Origin: Octopus vulgaris
Taxonomy: Eukaryota
Direction: 5' to 3'
Length of the DNA stretch: 64,000 nucleotides
Assembly (NCBI GenBank): GCA_951406725.2
Contig: OX597815.1
Location: 15,438,001 to 15,502,000, forward strand
Shown here: piece by piece, positions 60,613-64,000 of the stretch
How positions within the stretch are numbered: position 1 is the first letter of the stretch
Layout of the letters: the number at the start of each line of letters is the position of its first letter
The notes under the pieces: model-generated
Databases searched by the model: none
Seen by the model: only the letters and a program-made list of their open reading frames with translations
Told to the model about the DNA's origin: nothing
Made by a program: the position numbers and the translations under genes

Positions 60613-60836
60613 ATGTATGTTTTTGTGTCTGTGTTTGTCCCCCTAGCATTGCTTGACAACCGATGCTGGTGTGTTTATGTCCCCGTCACTTAGCGGTTCG
60701 CCAAAAGAGACCGATAGAATAAGTACTGGGCTTACAAAAAGAATAAGTCCCGGGGTCGAGTTGCTCGACTAAAGGCGGTGCTCCAGCATGGCCGCAGTCA
60801 AATGACTGAAACAAGTAAAAGAGTAAAAGAGTAAGA
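60373..60836 (+). mobile_element. tRNA-derived SINE family B (CORE-like) with internal (TA)n(TG)n
   Basis: Head GGAGTGGCTGTGTGGTAAG..GGTTCAGTCCC, CORE-like ACCTTGGGCAAGT, tail (GTAAAAGA)n; several copies in the window. Confidence 0.82.
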
Positions 60837-61318
60837 GTATGCTTTACTTTGCTGCCCAGACAAGAAGCAATATTCTTTATGTGACACTGCTATAAACTGA
60901 TATAATATTTATTCATCAAAAGTATGGTTGTATTTCTGGTATAATAGTGTCATAAACTATCATTGCTATCATAAGCTGTTAAAAAGGTGTCTTTGTCATT
61001 TTTTCGTGGTAAATATTTAGTGGCTGAATATACCACAGACGCATATGTCCTTAATGTAATTCTCAATTAGAATCGGTGTAACACAGTGGACTCTTAAATT
61101 TCTAGTAAAATCCATCCAAAAGGCTTCCACCAAGTTTCCTTTTTTGCGAACAATTCTAACAAGACTTCATCAACCTGAAGCTATGATAAGCATTTTTTCA
61201 AGATATCACGCAGTGGGATTGAACCCCCACACCGCATGACTGTGGAGTGGTCTTCTTAAACACTCAGCCATCTTGTATTTATAAGTTAGAATATTACTGC
61301 TATATTACTGGTACTTAC

Positions 61319-61582
61319 ATCCATAATAATCTTTCTGTGAAAACTTTGGCACCTCATCATTTACATCAATAATTTCTACATTGATATGGGCTACATTCAG
61401 ATCAGCCCACTTCCTTTCCAGTCTCCTTATATGATTTGGGGTTATAAGATCATAGCTGGTAAGACTGTCCATTGCCTCTATATTCAAAGAAAAAGAACTG
61501 ATATTGTCACGGTCAACTGGGTTCTCCAGTGATAGGGCTCCAGTAATTTGGTTCAAACTGAATATATTTTCTGAATTCCCAG
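61319..61582 (-). CDS. Cadherin-related protein exon (cadherin repeat); gene starts beyond the window end
   Basis: GNSENIFSLNQITGALSLENPVDRDNISSFSLNIEAMD..INVEIIDVNDEVPKFSQKDYYG: DRD, AxD and DxNDxxPxF calcium motifs; ttccag..gtaagt; phase 1-1. Confidence 0.93.
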
Positions 61583-61647
61583 CTGGAAATAAAAGAATAG
61601 AAAACAAAAAGTATAATTATAAAATAATATTCCAGTTAAAAGATATA

Positions 61648-61868
61648 TTTCTTTATTACCCACAAGGGGCTAAACATAGAAGGGACAGACAAAGGGATTA
61701 AGTCAATTACATAGACCCCAGTGCGTAACTGGTACTTAATTTATCGACCTCGAAAGGATGAAAGGCAAAGTCGACCTCGGCGGAATTTGAACTCACAACG
61801 TAATGGCAGACGAAATGCGGCCACGCATTACGCCCGGCATGGTAACGTTTCTGCCAGTTCGCCGCCTT
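61648..61868 (-). mobile_element. SINE family A monomer
   Basis: Same family; TSD AGTTAAAAGATATA at 61634-61647 and 61869-61882. Confidence 0.87.
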
Positions 61869-61984
61869 AGTTAAAAGATATAGCAACATCATGGTTAAAC
61901 ATAATAAAAAAATAAACTTTACTGCAAGAACTGTGTATTGGCTGAATCATCAACATCATCACCATCATCATCATCCGTTTTCAA

Positions 61985-62750
61985 TTGTCTGTTTTCCATG
62001 CTACCATGGGTTGGACGGTTCAACCAGGGTCTGGGAAGCCAGGAGGCTGCACCAGGCTCCAGTCTGATCTGACAAGGTTTCTACAGCTGGATGCCCTTCC
62101 TAACGCCAACCACTCCGTGAGTGTAGTGGGTGCTTTTTACGTGCCACCGGCACAGGTGCCAGGGGAGGCTGGCATCGGCCACGATTGGTTGGTGCTTTTT
62201 ACATGCCACTGGCACGGAAGCCAATCAAGGCAGCACTGGCATCGACCACGTACGGATAGTACTTTTTACATGTCACCGGCACAGGTGCTAGGAGAGGCTG
62301 GCAACGGCCACAATCGGTTGGTGCTTTTTATGTGCCACTGGCATGGAGGCCAGTCAAGGCAGCGCTGGCATCGGCCATGTATGGATGGTGCTTTTTACGT
62401 GCCATCGGCCACGTACAGATGGTGCATTTTATGTGCTACCGGCACAGGTATCACAACTGCAATTTCCATTTGATTTTTTGATGTTGATGGTGATGTACTT
62501 GACTCAATAGGTCTCCTCGAGCCCAGCAGGTTGCCCTATGATCCAAGGTAAGCACAGCAGGTTGTCCCGCGATCCAAGGCACTTTAAAAAGGCTGGGGCT
62601 TCTATGTGAAGCTGGTGCAGGAAACAGCCATGAACTCACATTATTTGTCGGGTCTTCACAGTCACAGCATATCTCCAGAGGTCTCGGTCTTTCATCATTG
62701 CCTCTGTGAGATCCAACGTTCAGAGGTCATGCTTACCACCTCACCCCATG
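61985..62750 (-). mobile_element. RTE-type LINE 3' fragment (ORF end plus 3' UTR)
   Basis: The minus strand encodes a decayed RT C-terminus (EVVSMTSERW..DRDLWRYAVTVKTRQ) continuous with the repeat-bearing 3' UTR and (GAT)n tail. Confidence 0.75.
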
Positions 62751-64000
62751 TCTAATATATTCATTGATAGCAGCAACAGGAGAGGGTTGATGGTATTGGC
62801 AATGTTATCATCATCCGTAGCAGTACAAACATCAATTTACCATCAATTTAACATTTATTTTCTATGCTGGTATGGATTTGATGAATATGTGATCCATAAT
62901 ATCATTATTCTTTTTCAGTTTCGTGTCATATTGTCTGTGATTTATCAAATCTTCAGATAAAAACCTCGTTATCAGTAATAATAAAGCTAGAAGTGCAATA
63001 AACAGTTACTCACACAGAATTTGATAATAAACGCTAGAATTCAGATCTCTGTCCCTAGCAAGAACACTTCCAATATAGAAAACGGGTTGAGAATCTTCCT
63101 TTACTTGGAAATTGTAGGGTAAAACTTGGCCATTCTGTAAATGGAAATCAGTGAAATGTTAGATATTTTAAAGAAATTTCTCTCTAATTGCAAAAGAACG
63201 TTTAGTTTATCAGATGTTAATAAATACAGACTTAACTAAATACAGATGTTAATAAATACAGACGTAACAAGTTGTTTAGATATATGGTACTATACACACA
63301 CAATCTGGATGATAATTTTAATGTAATATGATGAGAATCCTGAGATGATGAGCTGTTACAGAGAATCTTTATGGCAACAGATTCTTTGAGTGACACAAAC
63401 TTGTTTTGTCACTGATCTTATTATAGCTTACTGCTCCCTTTTACTGAATTTGCATTTTACAAATACCGGACATTAAACGATGATGATAATGATGATGATG
63501 ATGATGATGAAGTCCTCATGTTTGCAAAAACAAAACCAAAAACAAAAATTAAAAATTTAATAAAACAGAAACTAATTTTGATGTGTGGCTTATTAAACCT
63601 TATTCTATCCAGGTGGCATGTAAAAGCACCCACTACATTCTCGGAGTGGTTGGCGTTAGGAAGGGCATCCAGCTGTAGAAACTCTGCCAGATCAAGACTG
63701 GAGCCTGGTGCAGCCATCTGGTTTGCCAGCCCACAGTCAAACCGTCCAAGCCATGCTAGCACGGAAAGCGGACTTTAAACGACGATGATGATGATGATGA
63801 TATCTGCATGGACTAGTACTCCCTACATTAAATTTTAATAGAAATTGCTAATGAAGTCAAGGAATTATATAATGACAATATACTGGACCTTGGTGCATCA
63901 TCAGTCATGTTTCCGCACACTGATAATACAATGTCCTACTCATATTCTAATCCTGACAAAAATTTCCTTAAAAATATGTATAAATATAAGAATTGTACTG

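Noticed and set aside
59043-61582. Member of the cephalopod clustered protocadherin expansion
   Set aside because: The ectodomain is split by many introns, has a membrane-adjacent module, and lacks recognisable protocadherin cytoplasmic motifs.

Overview
Eukaryotic, AT-rich, repeat-dense genomic DNA. The SINE/LINE families look like those of coleoid cephalopods, most likely Octopus; this is recognised from memory and not verified. The window holds parts of two convergent multi-exon genes. (1) On the + strand are the last 8 coding exons of an XPR1/SYG1 phosphate exporter (EXS domain), 1106-16009. (2) On the - strand are the last 14 coding exons of a non-clustered cadherin-related receptor, 61582-18226. 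It encodes two cadherin-repeat exons, a membrane-adjacent module, a TM helix, and a ~440-aa disordered cytoplasmic tail built from microexons (32, 16 and 13 nt) and phase-0 cassette exons, one carrying a (GGNSGFQ)8 repeat. The introns contain tRNA-derived SINEs, RTE, CR1 and R4/Dong-like LINE remnants, a decayed full-length mariner, MITEs, non-autonomous Helitrons and satellites. The most unusual signal is a set of minimal type I hammerhead-ribozyme motifs from at least four unrelated repeat families, with covarying 3-8 core pairs (C-G, G-C, U-A). Most sit inside long fold-back palindromes, as expected for Penelope-like terminal repeats. All exon boundaries were read by eye from AG/GT signals and checked for phase continuity.
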